64,000 nucleotides of DNA from an uncultured Verrucomicrobiae bacterium (GTDB lineage: Bacteria; Verrucomicrobiota; Verrucomicrobiia; Limisphaerales; Palsa-1400), in contig CAVPOM010000004.1 of NCBI GenBank assembly GCA_963707025.1, positions 608,001 through 672,000 of the forward strand. Reading direction: 5' to 3'. Shown here in pieces: positions 19,381-28,900 of the stretch (positions are counted from its first letter, which is position 1; the number at the start of each line of letters is the position of its first letter). The notes under the pieces are model-generated. The model did not search any database. It worked only from the letters and a program-made list of their open reading frames with translations, and had not been told where the DNA came from. Position numbers and translations under genes: made by a program.

Positions 19381-19460
19381 GGGATAGCATGGGATGACAT
19401 CGGTAGCGGGATAGCACGGGATGACATCGGCAGCGGGATAGCACGGGATGACGCCCGGGA
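19381..19460 (+). repeat. 27-bp tandem array B (3 units), related to array A
   Basis: Units GGGATAGCAYGGGATGAC... at 19381, 19408, 19435. Confidence 0.9.
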
Positions 19461-19464
19461 CAGA

Positions 19465-19782
19465 AGAATTTCGGCGCTCAGGCTCGGGTGCATGGGGATG
19501 TCGGAATTCTACGGCCCCCGCGATGATCCGGAATCCATCGCCATGATCCACCGTGCGGTCGGTTTCGGGGTGAACTTGCTCGACACAGCAGACATGAACG
19601 GCGGCGGCGAGAACGAGCGGCTGGTCGGGCGCGCCATTAAGGGCCGCCGGCGTGCCGTGGTCCTGACCAGGAGATTTTGGAACGTGCGCGACGAACGCGG
19701 CAATTTCCTGGGCGTCAATGGCACACCCGATTACGCCCGCCAGTGCTGCGATTCGAGCCTGCGGCGGCTGCGGCTGGCGTGA
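19465..19782 (+). pseudogene. Aldo/keto reductase fragment (first third; native start replaced by repeat array B)
   Basis: [16 protein letters not shown]...LLDTADM...[10 protein letters not shown]...CDSSLRRL then stop. Confidence 0.85.
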
Positions 19783-19919
19783 CTAGGTAATACGAGCGGG
19801 GATTACCCCCGGAACGGACTGCGGACCCCGCACGGGTGCTGCCAAACGTGCCGCCGCCGGTTCCAATCAAAGCCAGGTGTGACGGTGGGGCGGTGATCTG
19901 TTCACATGGGCCAGACGGC

Positions 19920-20135
19920 GTGGCCGCCCCGCGCCACACGCTGCCTCCGAAGGCCGTCACATGGATCACGGCGTCTTTGGCGGGATCGAACTCGACCCGC
20001 TGGATGTTCGGGAACGGCCATTCATCGAAGGCTCGCCAGGTTTTCCAGTTGTCGCGCGAGATCCAGAGGCCCGCTCCGGGCGCATCCCCGGTCAGGGTCA
20101 TGTAAATCCAGATGTCGTGTTTGGGGTGGAAATAG
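19920..20135 (-). pseudogene. C-terminal fragment of a BNR/Asp-box beta-propeller protein
   Basis: GLWISRDNWKTW Asp-box; IQRVEFDP...VTAFGGSVWRG. Confidence 0.6.
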
Positions 20136-20791
20136 CCGTCGAAAGTCTGTGGCCATGGCATTCGACATACCCAACCGCTTGTTAGGCACTTGTGCCAAAA
20201 CGCCTTGATGTGTAGGCATATGGATAGCAACGCCGCAGATATGTATAATGCTATTGAGTGATGTAATCTGATATTTGAGAGTGCGATCAATGGTTGTTTA
20301 TGGCTGCACCGTGGCTGCAATTGCGGATGCTTTGAAGCGTTTATTGCTTTATCAATCATGAATACAGTATAGTGCGCGCGGTCTAAGAAGTAGGAGGAAT
20401 GCGGAAGGTATTACTTTTACGAACACAAAAGTGGTGGTTTTGCACATGGATGTAGTGGTGGAACGACTTTCCGAAATTATTCCCCGCCTTAGCCGCCATT
20501 AACTGAGCAGTTACGCTTGGAAACGCTGCCTCAGTCGCCACTTTATGCCTTGTTATCAGCAAATGAAGACGGATTACAGGTCTGGCGATCTTAAGTTATG
20601 GGTGGGGGGTGATAAAGAATGACCCCCGGTGAACCGGCTGTGCTGAACCCGATAGCTCTGGAGCAGCGAGGGCGGGGTGAAAATGAGGCATCTGGGGTGT
20701 CGAAGGGTATTTCGGCCCCCTCTGGTTGTTTGAAATGCCGACAGTTTGCTCTGGCCAAGGCCATCCTCAACCCGCCGGCCAAGAACTGCGC

Positions 20792-21604
20792 TCAGAGCCT
20801 GGGCAAGGATTCCGTTTGGAACTTCTGGTCGAGTTCGACGAACGCGGGATGATGGCCCGGCCAGAAGGAAGCGCGCTTGGTCGGTTTTGGAAACAGATGC
20901 GAATCGAACCGCAGCAACCGGTTCATTTGGTGGAAGGCGAGGCCATCCATCCTTAGGAGATTCTCGATCTCCTGGCCCGTGCGAGAGGTCGTCCCGGCCC
21001 GGTCGCTCTTGGCCCGGAAGGCCGCGTGGTTCATGAGGTTGACCACTCCGGCCTGCCAGTCCAGTTGCTGGTAGTAGTAGGACCGCATCAGCTCCGGCCC
21101 GAGATCACACTCCGACTGGCTGAGGTGGTTGGACAGACGCAGGTTTCCGCCCAGCCAGGAGTGCGTCAGGTGGTTGGCGAGCGGGTAAGCGCGGAAGTTG
21201 GGGTCGGCAGAAATATTTTGGATGAGGCGCATGAAATTGGAGTAGTAGGGCTCGACGCGCTGGAAATAATTGAATCCCCGGATGGCGGCGTGCTGGGTGA
21301 AAACGGCGTAGGAGCTGAGATCGCCGGGCCGGTCCAGTTCCATTCGCCAATGGGTCAGGACGATGGCGAAGACCAAGGGCTGCATGGGAGCCGGCAGGGA
21401 GAAGGGCAGGCCATCGTGGGTGACCGCCCCCCGGAGCAGGCAGGTGGCGTCTTCAAATCCCTCCCGGTCCAGCCCCAACTCCTGTTGCAAGGCTGGGTCC
21501 AGGGTGGCGTAAGCGCAAGTTTCGCTGCGACGGGCGACGACTCGCTGGCCGTTGGGCAACAGCATGGCCCTGTCCTCCTGGTCGTGCAGAGTGAAGTCCT
21601 GCAT
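20792..21604 (-). CDS. Hypothetical protein (possibly a fragment)
   Basis: 270-aa ORF with GC-rich codon pattern; no family recognised. Confidence 0.55.
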   Translation of the reverse strand: MQDFTLHDQEDRAMLLPNGQRVVARRSETCAYATLDPALQQELGLDREGFEDATCLLRGAVTHDGLPFSLPAPMQPLVFAIVLTHWRMELDRPGDLSSYAVFTQHAAIRGFNYFQRVEPYYSNFMRLIQNISADPNFRAYPLANHLTHSWLGGNLRLSNHLSQSECDLGPELMRSYYYQQLDWQAGVVNLMNHAAFRAKSDRAGTTSRTGQEIENLLRMDGLAFHQMNRLLRFDSHLFPKPTKRASFWPGHHPAFVELDQKFQTESLPRL

Positions 21605-22005
21605 AGAGTCGCCTGCCGCTCGGAATGGGTATCCGTAATAACGATCCCCGTTAGCGCCTCAGCGTCGTGGGCCAGCCTGGGGTGCTCCAGCTTGGGGCAG
21701 GGGCGACAGATTTCCCGCAAAATGAGAATGCGCTCTGTTTCCGTGAGACGCTCGAACACACACAGGAAATTCTGGAGTGAACCAGCAAGTTTACCGTGGA
21801 ACCAGTCATGGATGGTGCTCTTGGCAACACCGAGCATGTGCCCGACCTGTTTTTGCTGGAGTTGCTGCCCGGGGGAGCATTCTGCGCGATCCAGGGCTTG
21901 CTTGAGGGTGCGAACGACTGCGCTGCCGGATTTGTGATATGCCGGTGCAAGGAGGAGTCCATTTGAGGACTGAAAGTTCTGCTGAGCCAATTTTGTAAGT
22001 TTCAT
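21600..22005 (-). pseudogene. Truncated paralog of the 2934-3782 HTH protein
   Basis: VGHMLGVAKSTIHDWF...FLCVFERL..TER......CRPCPKLEHPRLA aligns with copy 1. Confidence 0.7.
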
Positions 22006-22163
22006 GCCCTCATTTTGGCTAGGAACGCGCCTGGAGATTCCGGGCCTGAATGCGCGTGACCGGGGGTCTCCCGCCGGCTTGAGGGAAGAGCGGCAGGATT
22101 CTCCCAATCCGGTATACCGGATTGGACTTTTAAGTTCCCGCGCAGTCCCCACCATTGCGCGAA

Positions 22164-22739
22164 ATGAAAAATCGATCTAAAGCATTGAAGTCCAAACGTG
22201 GGAATCCTCCATTAAAGGGCGGAGGGAACCCGGAACGGCCAACAAGAATCGTTGAGTCGGCCCCAACAACCAACCGCGAGCGGCGCAAGCAGCACCCGGA
22301 GATTGTCACCGGCCGAACAATCTTACCACCGATCCGTGTCGCCGCTTACGTGAGAACGGCCAGGCAGCAGCCGCACTTGGCCAGCAACCAAATGGACGCC
22401 ATCAGGGATTATGCGAAACGCCATGGAATGCAAATCGTCAAAGAATATTCTGACGAGGGCAAGAGTGGTGTGAATATCCAGGACCGCGAATCTTTGGCGC
22501 AGATGATTCGGGATCTCCAAAATGGGCAAATCAATTTCTCAGCCATCCTCCTGCATGACGTCAGCCGGTGGGGCCGATTTCAGGATGCCGATGAGAGCGC
22601 CTATTATGAATACATCTGCCGCCGCACCGGAGTCTCGGTTCATTATTGCGACGAGGACCCCGAAAGTCAGGGCATCGTCGTTTCCACGATTGTCAAACGA
22701 CTCAAAGAATCCATCCGCGCAAATGAAAATGGTCACTGA
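22164..22739 (+). CDS. Rearranged serine recombinase catalytic-domain copy lacking the catalytic Ser
   Basis: AAYVRTARQQ instead of AAYVRMSTEHQ; DEGKSG and DVSRWGRFQ retained; ends after ~190 aa. Confidence 0.75.
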   Translation: MKNRSKALKSKRGNPPLKGGGNPERPTRIVESAPTTNRERRKQHPEIVTGRTILPPIRVAAYVRTARQQPHLASNQMDAIRDYAKRHGMQIVKEYSDEGKSGVNIQDRESLAQMIRDLQNGQINFSAILLHDVSRWGRFQDADESAYYEYICRRTGVSVHYCDEDPESQGIVVSTIVKRLKESIRANENGH

Positions 22740-22850
22740 ATTAACTCCGAGTGATAAACACCGCACCCCTGGAGGCGCCCGCTTCAAAACCAGGGAACGG
22801 AAAAGCCGCGATTTTGCCTTTGGCACTCGTGACAATGAGCTTTATTTTCC

Positions 22851-24398
22851 ATGAGCACCAGCCGAACAGTTTTGCCACCCAACAATGCCGCCGCTTATGT
22901 GAGGATGTCCACGGAGCACCAGCAGTACTCCACCAGCAACCAAATGGACGTGATTCGGGAATATGCCAAGCGCCGCGGTTTGGAGATCGTGATGCTCTAT
23001 TCCGATGAGGGGAAGAGCGGTCTGAATATCCAAGGGCGAGACTCCCTGGCGCAGATGTTCAAGGATGTCCAGAGTGGAGAGGCGCAATACTCCTGCATTC
23101 TGGTGTACGATGTCAGCCGATGGGGCCGGTTCCAGAATGCCGACGAAAGCGCCTATTACGAGTACATTTGCCGGCTGGCGGGAGTCTCGGTCCATTATTG
23201 CGCGGAGCAGTTCGAAAACGATGGGAGTCCGATTTCCACAATAGTGAAGGGCGTCAAGCGCGCCATGGCGGGTGAATACAGCCGGGAACTTTCGTGCAAG
23301 GTATTCCAGGGCGCCTGCCGTTTAATCCAGAGGGGTTTCAAGCAGGGCGGCACTGCCGGGTTCGGGCTGCGCCGGATGCTGGTGGACCAAGCTGGGCAAC
23401 AGAAGGCCATGCTCAAAATGGGTGAGCAGAAGAGCCTGCAGACGGACCGGGTAATTCTGGTCTTGGGGCCGGAGGAGGAAGTGAAGATGGTGCGCTGGAT
23501 CTACCAAGTATTTCTGGAGGAGGAAAAACCGGAATCGGAAATCGCGGCGGCGCTGAACGCCCAGGGGGTTTTAACAGATTTCGGACGAGCATGGACGAGA
23601 GGGACCATTCACCAGGTGCTCACGAACGAGAAATATATCGGCAACAATGTTTATCACCGCACCTCCTTCAAACTGAAGCGAAAGCATGTGACAAATCCGC
23701 CGGAGCAATGGATCAGAGCGGAAGGAGCGTTCGCCGGCATCATTGAACCCGGAATATTCTCCCGGGTGCGGGAGATTATCCTGGCCCGCAGCCAGAGATT
23801 TACCGACGAGCAAATGCTGGAAAAGTTGCGCGTCTTGCTGGAGCAGCACGGCCGCATCAGCGGCTTCATCATCGACGAGGCTGACGACCTCCCTTCGAGC
23901 ACGGCGTTCCGTCACCGCTTTGGCAGCCTGGTGTCGGCTTACCGGCTGATTGGCTATGACCCGGAGATCGACTACAGCTTTATCGAAACCAACCGCAAGC
24001 TGCGCAAGCAGCACCCGGAGATCGTCGCGTCGGTGGTTCGCCAGATCCAAGCGCTCGGTGCGGTTGCGACGTTGGATGAGAAAACCGGTTTGCTTCACTT
24101 GAACCAGGAGTTGCGAGTATCCATCGTGCTTTGCCGGCACATCGCCACCGACGCAGGCGCCTCGCGGTGGCTGGTGCGACTGGACGAAGGGTTGAAACCG
24201 GACATTACGATTGCGGCGCGGATGGATGCCACAAACGAGGGCATCCGCGATTACTATTTATTGCCCGGCATTGACATGACTTGGGAAAATTTGCGCCTTG
24301 CTGAGGAAAACGGTGTCTATCTGGATGCGTACCGGTTTGGGACGCTGGATTACTTTTTCGGCATGGCGAAGCGCGTAAAACTCCAGGAGGCTGCATGA
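22851..24398 (+). CDS. Large serine recombinase
   Basis: YVRMSTEHQ, DEGKSG, DVSRWGR, recombinase domain IHQVLTNEKYIG. Confidence 0.93.
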   Translation: MSTSRTVLPPNNAAAYVRMSTEHQQYSTSNQMDVIREYAKRRGLEIVMLYSDEGKSGLNIQGRDSLAQMFKDVQSGEAQYSCILVYDVSRWGRFQNADESAYYEYICRLAGVSVHYCAEQFENDGSPISTIVKGVKRAMAGEYSRELSCKVFQGACRLIQRGFKQGGTAGFGLRRMLVDQAGQQKAMLKMGEQKSLQTDRVILVLGPEEEVKMVRWIYQVFLEEEKPESEIAAALNAQGVLTDFGRAWTRGTIHQVLTNEKYIGNNVYHRTSFKLKRKHVTNPPEQWIRAEGAFAGIIEPGIFSRVREIILARSQRFTDEQMLEKLRVLLEQHGRISGFIIDEADDLPSSTAFRHRFGSLVSAYRLIGYDPEIDYSFIETNRKLRKQHPEIVASVVRQIQALGAVATLDEKTGLLHLNQELRVSIVLCRHIATDAGASRWLVRLDEGLKPDITIAARMDATNEGIRDYYLLPGIDMTWENLRLAEENGVYLDAYRFGTLDYFFGMAKRVKLQEAA

Positions 24399-25282
24399 AT
24401 AATGAAATAATAATGATCCCCATCGATCGAATTCGTGTCCTGAACCCGAGACCTCGGGACAAAAAGAAATTCGAGCAAATTATACAGAGCATCAAGAACC
24501 TCGGCCTGAAGAAGCCGATCCAGGTCAGCCTGCGGTCGGCCGAGGAAGGAACCGAGCCCGGATACGATTTGGTATGCGGGCAGGGGCGAATGGAGGCCTT
24601 TCTCGCCCTCGGACACAAAGAAATCCCGGCAATCGTGGTCGAGGTATCGAGGGAGGAACGACTGCTGCGCAGCCTGGTCGAGAACATGGCCCGCCGCCTG
24701 CCGTCTCGGCTGGCGCTGATGAATGAAATCGAGCGACTGAAGGCCGACGGCTACAGCAACGTCGAAATCGGGAAAAAGCTGGATATTGCGGACGGCACCG
24801 TTGGCGGGTACATCGCTTTGAAGAAGGCCGGCGAAGAACGGCTGCTGGACGCGGCCATCAACGGGAAGATCCCGTTGGGCGTCGCGATGGACATAGCCAA
24901 GGCGAACAGCCCGGAACTACAGCGGGAGCTGCTCAAGGGGTTCGAGAGCAAGGAACTGAACCAGTTCGCCATTCGCACCGTAAAGCGGCTGATCGACCAG
25001 CGGCGCTTTGTCGGAAAAGGGCGTGACACCGACGCCGACAAGAAAAAGAGCCGAACCAATGCAGACAGCTTGATCAACGCCTTCAAGCGAGAAAGCCAGA
25101 AACAGAGGCTCATGGTCAAGAAAGCCAGGCTTTGTGACGCGAAACTCGTGATTACCGTCACAGCCTTGGGCAAGCTGTTGGGCGATGAGAATTTCTTTAA
25201 TCTTCTGCGGGCCGAGTCGCTCGCCGATATTCCACGGTATTTGCAGGACAAACTGGCGGCCATGAAAAAGGAGGCAGCATGA
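24395..25282 (+). CDS. ParB N-terminal / RepB C-terminal domain protein
   Basis: SIKNLGLKKPIQV, YDLVCGQGRMEA, SLVENMAR. Confidence 0.88.
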   Translation: MNNEIIMIPIDRIRVLNPRPRDKKKFEQIIQSIKNLGLKKPIQVSLRSAEEGTEPGYDLVCGQGRMEAFLALGHKEIPAIVVEVSREERLLRSLVENMARRLPSRLALMNEIERLKADGYSNVEIGKKLDIADGTVGGYIALKKAGEERLLDAAINGKIPLGVAMDIAKANSPELQRELLKGFESKELNQFAIRTVKRLIDQRRFVGKGRDTDADKKKSRTNADSLINAFKRESQKQRLMVKKARLCDAKLVITVTALGKLLGDENFFNLLRAESLADIPRYLQDKLAAMKKEAA

Positions 25283-26154
25283 GTGACATGAAACTGGCAT
25301 TTGAAATGGGGAGAATCCGACTGTCGCTCGCCGACATTCTGCCGGCGCGGCTGATAAAGGCCCCGCAACACAACATCAAGCGGTTCAGGACCATCCGGGC
25401 GTCGATCAAAGAGGTTGGCCTGGTTGAGCCGCTGGTGGTCTATCCGCAAAAGGGCATGCCCGGGAAATATTTGCTCCTTGACGGCCACCTGCGTTTTTTT
25501 GCCTTGAAAGACCTGGGCGAGACGGAGGCCGAGTGCATCATCGCCAGCGATGACGAATGCTTCACGTACAATGCCAGGGTCAACCGGCTGAATCCGATCG
25601 CCGAACACAAAATGATCATGAAAGCCGTGCAGGCAGGGGTGAGGCCGGAGCGCATCGCGGCGACGCTGAATCTGGCGGTGAGCGAAGTGAAGTCCTGCAT
25701 GAAGCTGCTGGATGGCATAAACGAGGAGGCCGTGGACCTGTTGAAAGACAAAGTGATTTCGCCGAATGCGATCCGGCTGTTGAAAAAAGTGACCGGCCTT
25801 CGCCAGATCGAAATTGCGGAATTGATGGTGAGCGCAAACAATTTCACCAAGGTCTACGCAGAGGCTCTGGTGCTGGGAACGCCGAAGGACGAGCTTGTCA
25901 ATCCGGAGGTGCCGAAGAAGAAGCAGGGAATGACGCGCGAGCAGATCGCGAAAATGGAGCTGGAAATGGAGACGATCGAGCGCGACCTGAAGGCCGTGGA
26001 GAAGTCTTACGGGGAAAACATGCTGAGCCTGACCGTGGTCCGTGGATACATCAAGCGACTGTTGGAGAATGCCAAAGTGGTGAAGTTTTTGGCCGGCAAC
26101 CACCGGGAAATTCTGTCGGAATTTGAATCAACCGCCGCCTCCGAGATGGTCTGA
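25279..26154 (+). CDS. ParB N-terminal / RepB C-terminal domain protein (second)
   Basis: SIKEVGLVEPLVV, YLLLDGHLR, TYNARVNRL. Confidence 0.88.
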   Translation: MSDMKLAFEMGRIRLSLADILPARLIKAPQHNIKRFRTIRASIKEVGLVEPLVVYPQKGMPGKYLLLDGHLRFFALKDLGETEAECIIASDDECFTYNARVNRLNPIAEHKMIMKAVQAGVRPERIAATLNLAVSEVKSCMKLLDGINEEAVDLLKDKVISPNAIRLLKKVTGLRQIEIAELMVSANNFTKVYAEALVLGTPKDELVNPEVPKKKQGMTREQIAKMELEMETIERDLKAVEKSYGENMLSLTVVRGYIKRLLENAKVVKFLAGNHREILSEFESTAASEMV

Positions 26155-26434
26155 GGGGCTGACCAGGCTCCAACACCGATCCCAATACCATGCCTTTGCC
26201 GGGATGACATGCCTGATACTGCCGGGGGAACCACGAACTACTGCCCTCCGACCCGGAAGTGTGGCTCCCGATGTGCATGCGCCGTTTCGGGCAGGCTTGG
26301 CCCAACGCTTCGGCTGACGCGCGAAAGTCCCATGGATCTGCCCAATGTTGCGGGCTTGGCTTTCCTCTGACTCGCTGATATGCAGGTAGCGGAGCAAATC
26401 AAAATCGTTGAAGGTGCAACAACGCAATAATAAT

Positions 26435-27205
26435 ATGCCAATTGGCGATAAGATCATTTTAAGACAAGTTCTGCGGGATGAGTGTCTGCCGGCGCTCGCC
26501 AGGCAGGCGGCGTATTTCAGTGTGGCGGATGTTCGGGACTGGTTGCGACTGCGCAACCTCACTTGTCCGCCCGCGTTGCTGCGCGAGTATCTGTCCGCGT
26601 TCATGCGCGGCGGGGTCATTCACGACGCTGGGCGCGGCTGGTATTCCCGCATCGCCGAACCCTGCGCGCTCAACGAGAAACCCGTCGCCAGGCTGTCCAA
26701 GGAGGTGGCAAAGGCGTTTCCCCTGCTGGACTTCACCTGCTGGTCCACGGAACAGCTTCGCAGCTACGGGCATCTCCTGCTCGCCCGCTTCGCCGCGTTC
26801 ATCCACACGGAACGCGACGCGATGTCGAGCGTTGCAGCGCGGCTTCGGGATAACGGCTACGACATCCACCTGAACCCGCGCGGGGCGGCGGCACGGCAGT
26901 TTGCCATCCGCGAGCGCACCGTGGTCATCCGCCCCAAGCCGACTACGCAGCCGCACGACGGGCATCTGGTGACCGTGGAGGGGTTGCTGGTGGAGTTGTT
27001 CATGGAAGTCCGGGCGCTGGGCTTGATGGATGAGGGCGAGTATTTCCGCATGTTCGACAATCTCGCTGGCTACTCGCGAATTTCGCTGGCCCGATTGCTG
27101 GATTATGCGCGCGAGCGCCGCCCTGCCGGGCTGGAATTGCAACGACACATTAAAGCGGAGTTTTTGAAAAACTCCGCGTTAGCTGGTTCTGATGACAAGC
27201 CATGA
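26435..27205 (+). CDS. Putative AbiEi-like antitoxin / winged-helix regulator
   Basis: wHTH with GRGWY; EGLLVELF...LLDYARER; overlaps the start of the AbiEii gene. Confidence 0.7.
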   Translation: MPIGDKIILRQVLRDECLPALARQAAYFSVADVRDWLRLRNLTCPPALLREYLSAFMRGGVIHDAGRGWYSRIAEPCALNEKPVARLSKEVAKAFPLLDFTCWSTEQLRSYGHLLLARFAAFIHTERDAMSSVAARLRDNGYDIHLNPRGAAARQFAIRERTVVIRPKPTTQPHDGHLVTVEGLLVELFMEVRALGLMDEGEYFRMFDNLAGYSRISLARLLDYARERRPAGLELQRHIKAEFLKNSALAGSDDKP

Positions 27206-28287
27206 TTTCGCCCGAATGTTTTGGAAGACAGTGGATTTTGAGAAAAGCTTCCGAAATCGGATGCCGGAATCCGGTGATGCTGGAGAAGACCATCGTCGCA
27301 CTCCAGCTTCTGGGCCATTTGGCGGAAAGCGGATTACCCATCCAATTTAAGGGCGGATCGAGCCTGCTCCTGCGCCTGAATCCCATCCGGCGTTTGTCCA
27401 TTGACGTGGACATTGTCACGCAGGCGAAGGCGGAGGAGTTGATCGCCGTTCTGAAACGGGTGAGCCATCTCATGCCGTTGGCCGGCTACACACACGATGC
27501 CCAGCGAGACAAAGAACTGCCGCCGAAAAAACATTTTCGCATCTTCTATCCGTCGGATGTCGAAGCAAAGAACGACCACGTTTTGCTCGACGTGCTCTTT
27601 GAATCACAGGCGCCAGCATATTGCGAACCGGTCATCATCAACACTCCGTTCATCACGCCGGAACGTGAAGTTCGCGTGCCCGTGCCGACAGTGAACAGCC
27701 TGCTCGGCGACAAACTCACGGCGTTCGCGCCGCGCACCATCGGCATCCTTTATGATCCGAAGCGCAAAACGGACATCGCGAAACAACTTTTCGATGTCGG
27801 AGTCCTATTCGACGCCGCCACCGATTTGAGCGTGGCCGCTGAAGTCTATGTTGCCACACACGCACGACAGATTGTTTATCGCAAGGCGGAATTCAGCCTC
27901 GCCGAGACTCTGAACGATTCCATCGAAGCCGGCCTCCTTTACAGCCAGATCGAATTGCGCGGCGGCGCAAAAACGGAGCACGGGCTGTTCTTGCAGGACG
28001 GCGTGACCGCGTTGCAAAACCATCTTGTGAACCAGCCATTCCGGCGCGACGAAGCCCGCATCGCCGCCGCCAAAGTCGCCTGTATCGCCGCGTGGATTCA
28101 GCGTCGCCCGGAGGGCGTGACCATTGAGCAATTGCGTTTTCAGCCCGACCGCATTGCTCAGTTGCGCGACTTGCAAATCCAAGCGCCCTGGTCGCCGTTG
28201 ACCCGGCTCAAAGGTGGCAACGCACAGGCATTTCATTACTGGTACCAAGCACAGCGCATTCTGACCGGCGGTTCGACGCCGGGCTGA
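27202..28287 (+). CDS. AbiEii/AbiGii-family nucleotidyltransferase toxin (type IV TA)
   Basis: FKGGSSLLL...RRLSIDVDI, GDKLTAF, KQLFD. Confidence 0.9.
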   Translation: MISPECFGRQWILRKASEIGCRNPVMLEKTIVALQLLGHLAESGLPIQFKGGSSLLLRLNPIRRLSIDVDIVTQAKAEELIAVLKRVSHLMPLAGYTHDAQRDKELPPKKHFRIFYPSDVEAKNDHVLLDVLFESQAPAYCEPVIINTPFITPEREVRVPVPTVNSLLGDKLTAFAPRTIGILYDPKRKTDIAKQLFDVGVLFDAATDLSVAAEVYVATHARQIVYRKAEFSLAETLNDSIEAGLLYSQIELRGGAKTEHGLFLQDGVTALQNHLVNQPFRRDEARIAAAKVACIAAWIQRRPEGVTIEQLRFQPDRIAQLRDLQIQAPWSPLTRLKGGNAQAFHYWYQAQRILTGGSTPG

Positions 28288-28689
28288 AGTTGCAAGGCGT
28301 TATGGGTTTTGTCCAACTGGGCGCGCAATCGCTCGCGCGCCAATTCGATCACCAGGCAGAATCAATTCGATGGCCACGACCCGCAGAACCCCGTGAACCG
28401 AATTTTAGGCGCGGCACTTTTCAGGGGCAAAGTTTGGCCAAACGGCCAAAAATCGGTTTGCGGCCCGCCTGCGCGTACCATTAGGGTGGTTCTGCCCGTA
28501 TTTTCCCAGGGATCGATTGAACCTGTCAATGTGTTTCACCGGATCCTCCTGGAGCCGCCCTGTCGCTTCCCATCAGATGGTCTGTCGTAGCCACGATGAT
28601 CCAATATCCGAATCCGGCCGGGGATATTCGCCCTGATCAACTCGATAACGAATTCACTCGCGCAATATATTCTGTCCGCGCAGTGCGGA

Positions 28690-28900
28690 TTCCGACGCTT
28701 CAACAGCCACTCCTTCAACGCGTCCAAGCCGCCAATAGATTCCACCGATTCCCTTGTCCCGACCAGTTCCAAGAGGCCGTTTTTCTTCACTGCCTGAGCC
28801 TTTTCCCTCGCCACTATCTCCGGGTCAATTCCCTTCGATTCGACGACGGAGAGGGCAAAGGCGTTCTCTGCTTCAATTGTCGTTAGACCAGAAGCAGCAT
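28690..28900 (-). pseudogene. Internal fragment of a Ycf46-like AAA ATPase
   Basis: AASGLTTIEAENAFALSVV...EKAQAVKKNGLLE...IGGLDALKEWLLKRR; no Walker A follows. Confidence 0.75.

Noticed and set aside
18428..19460. 27-bp arrays as CRISPR
   Set aside because: Units are contiguous with no unique spacers, and no cas genes were recognised
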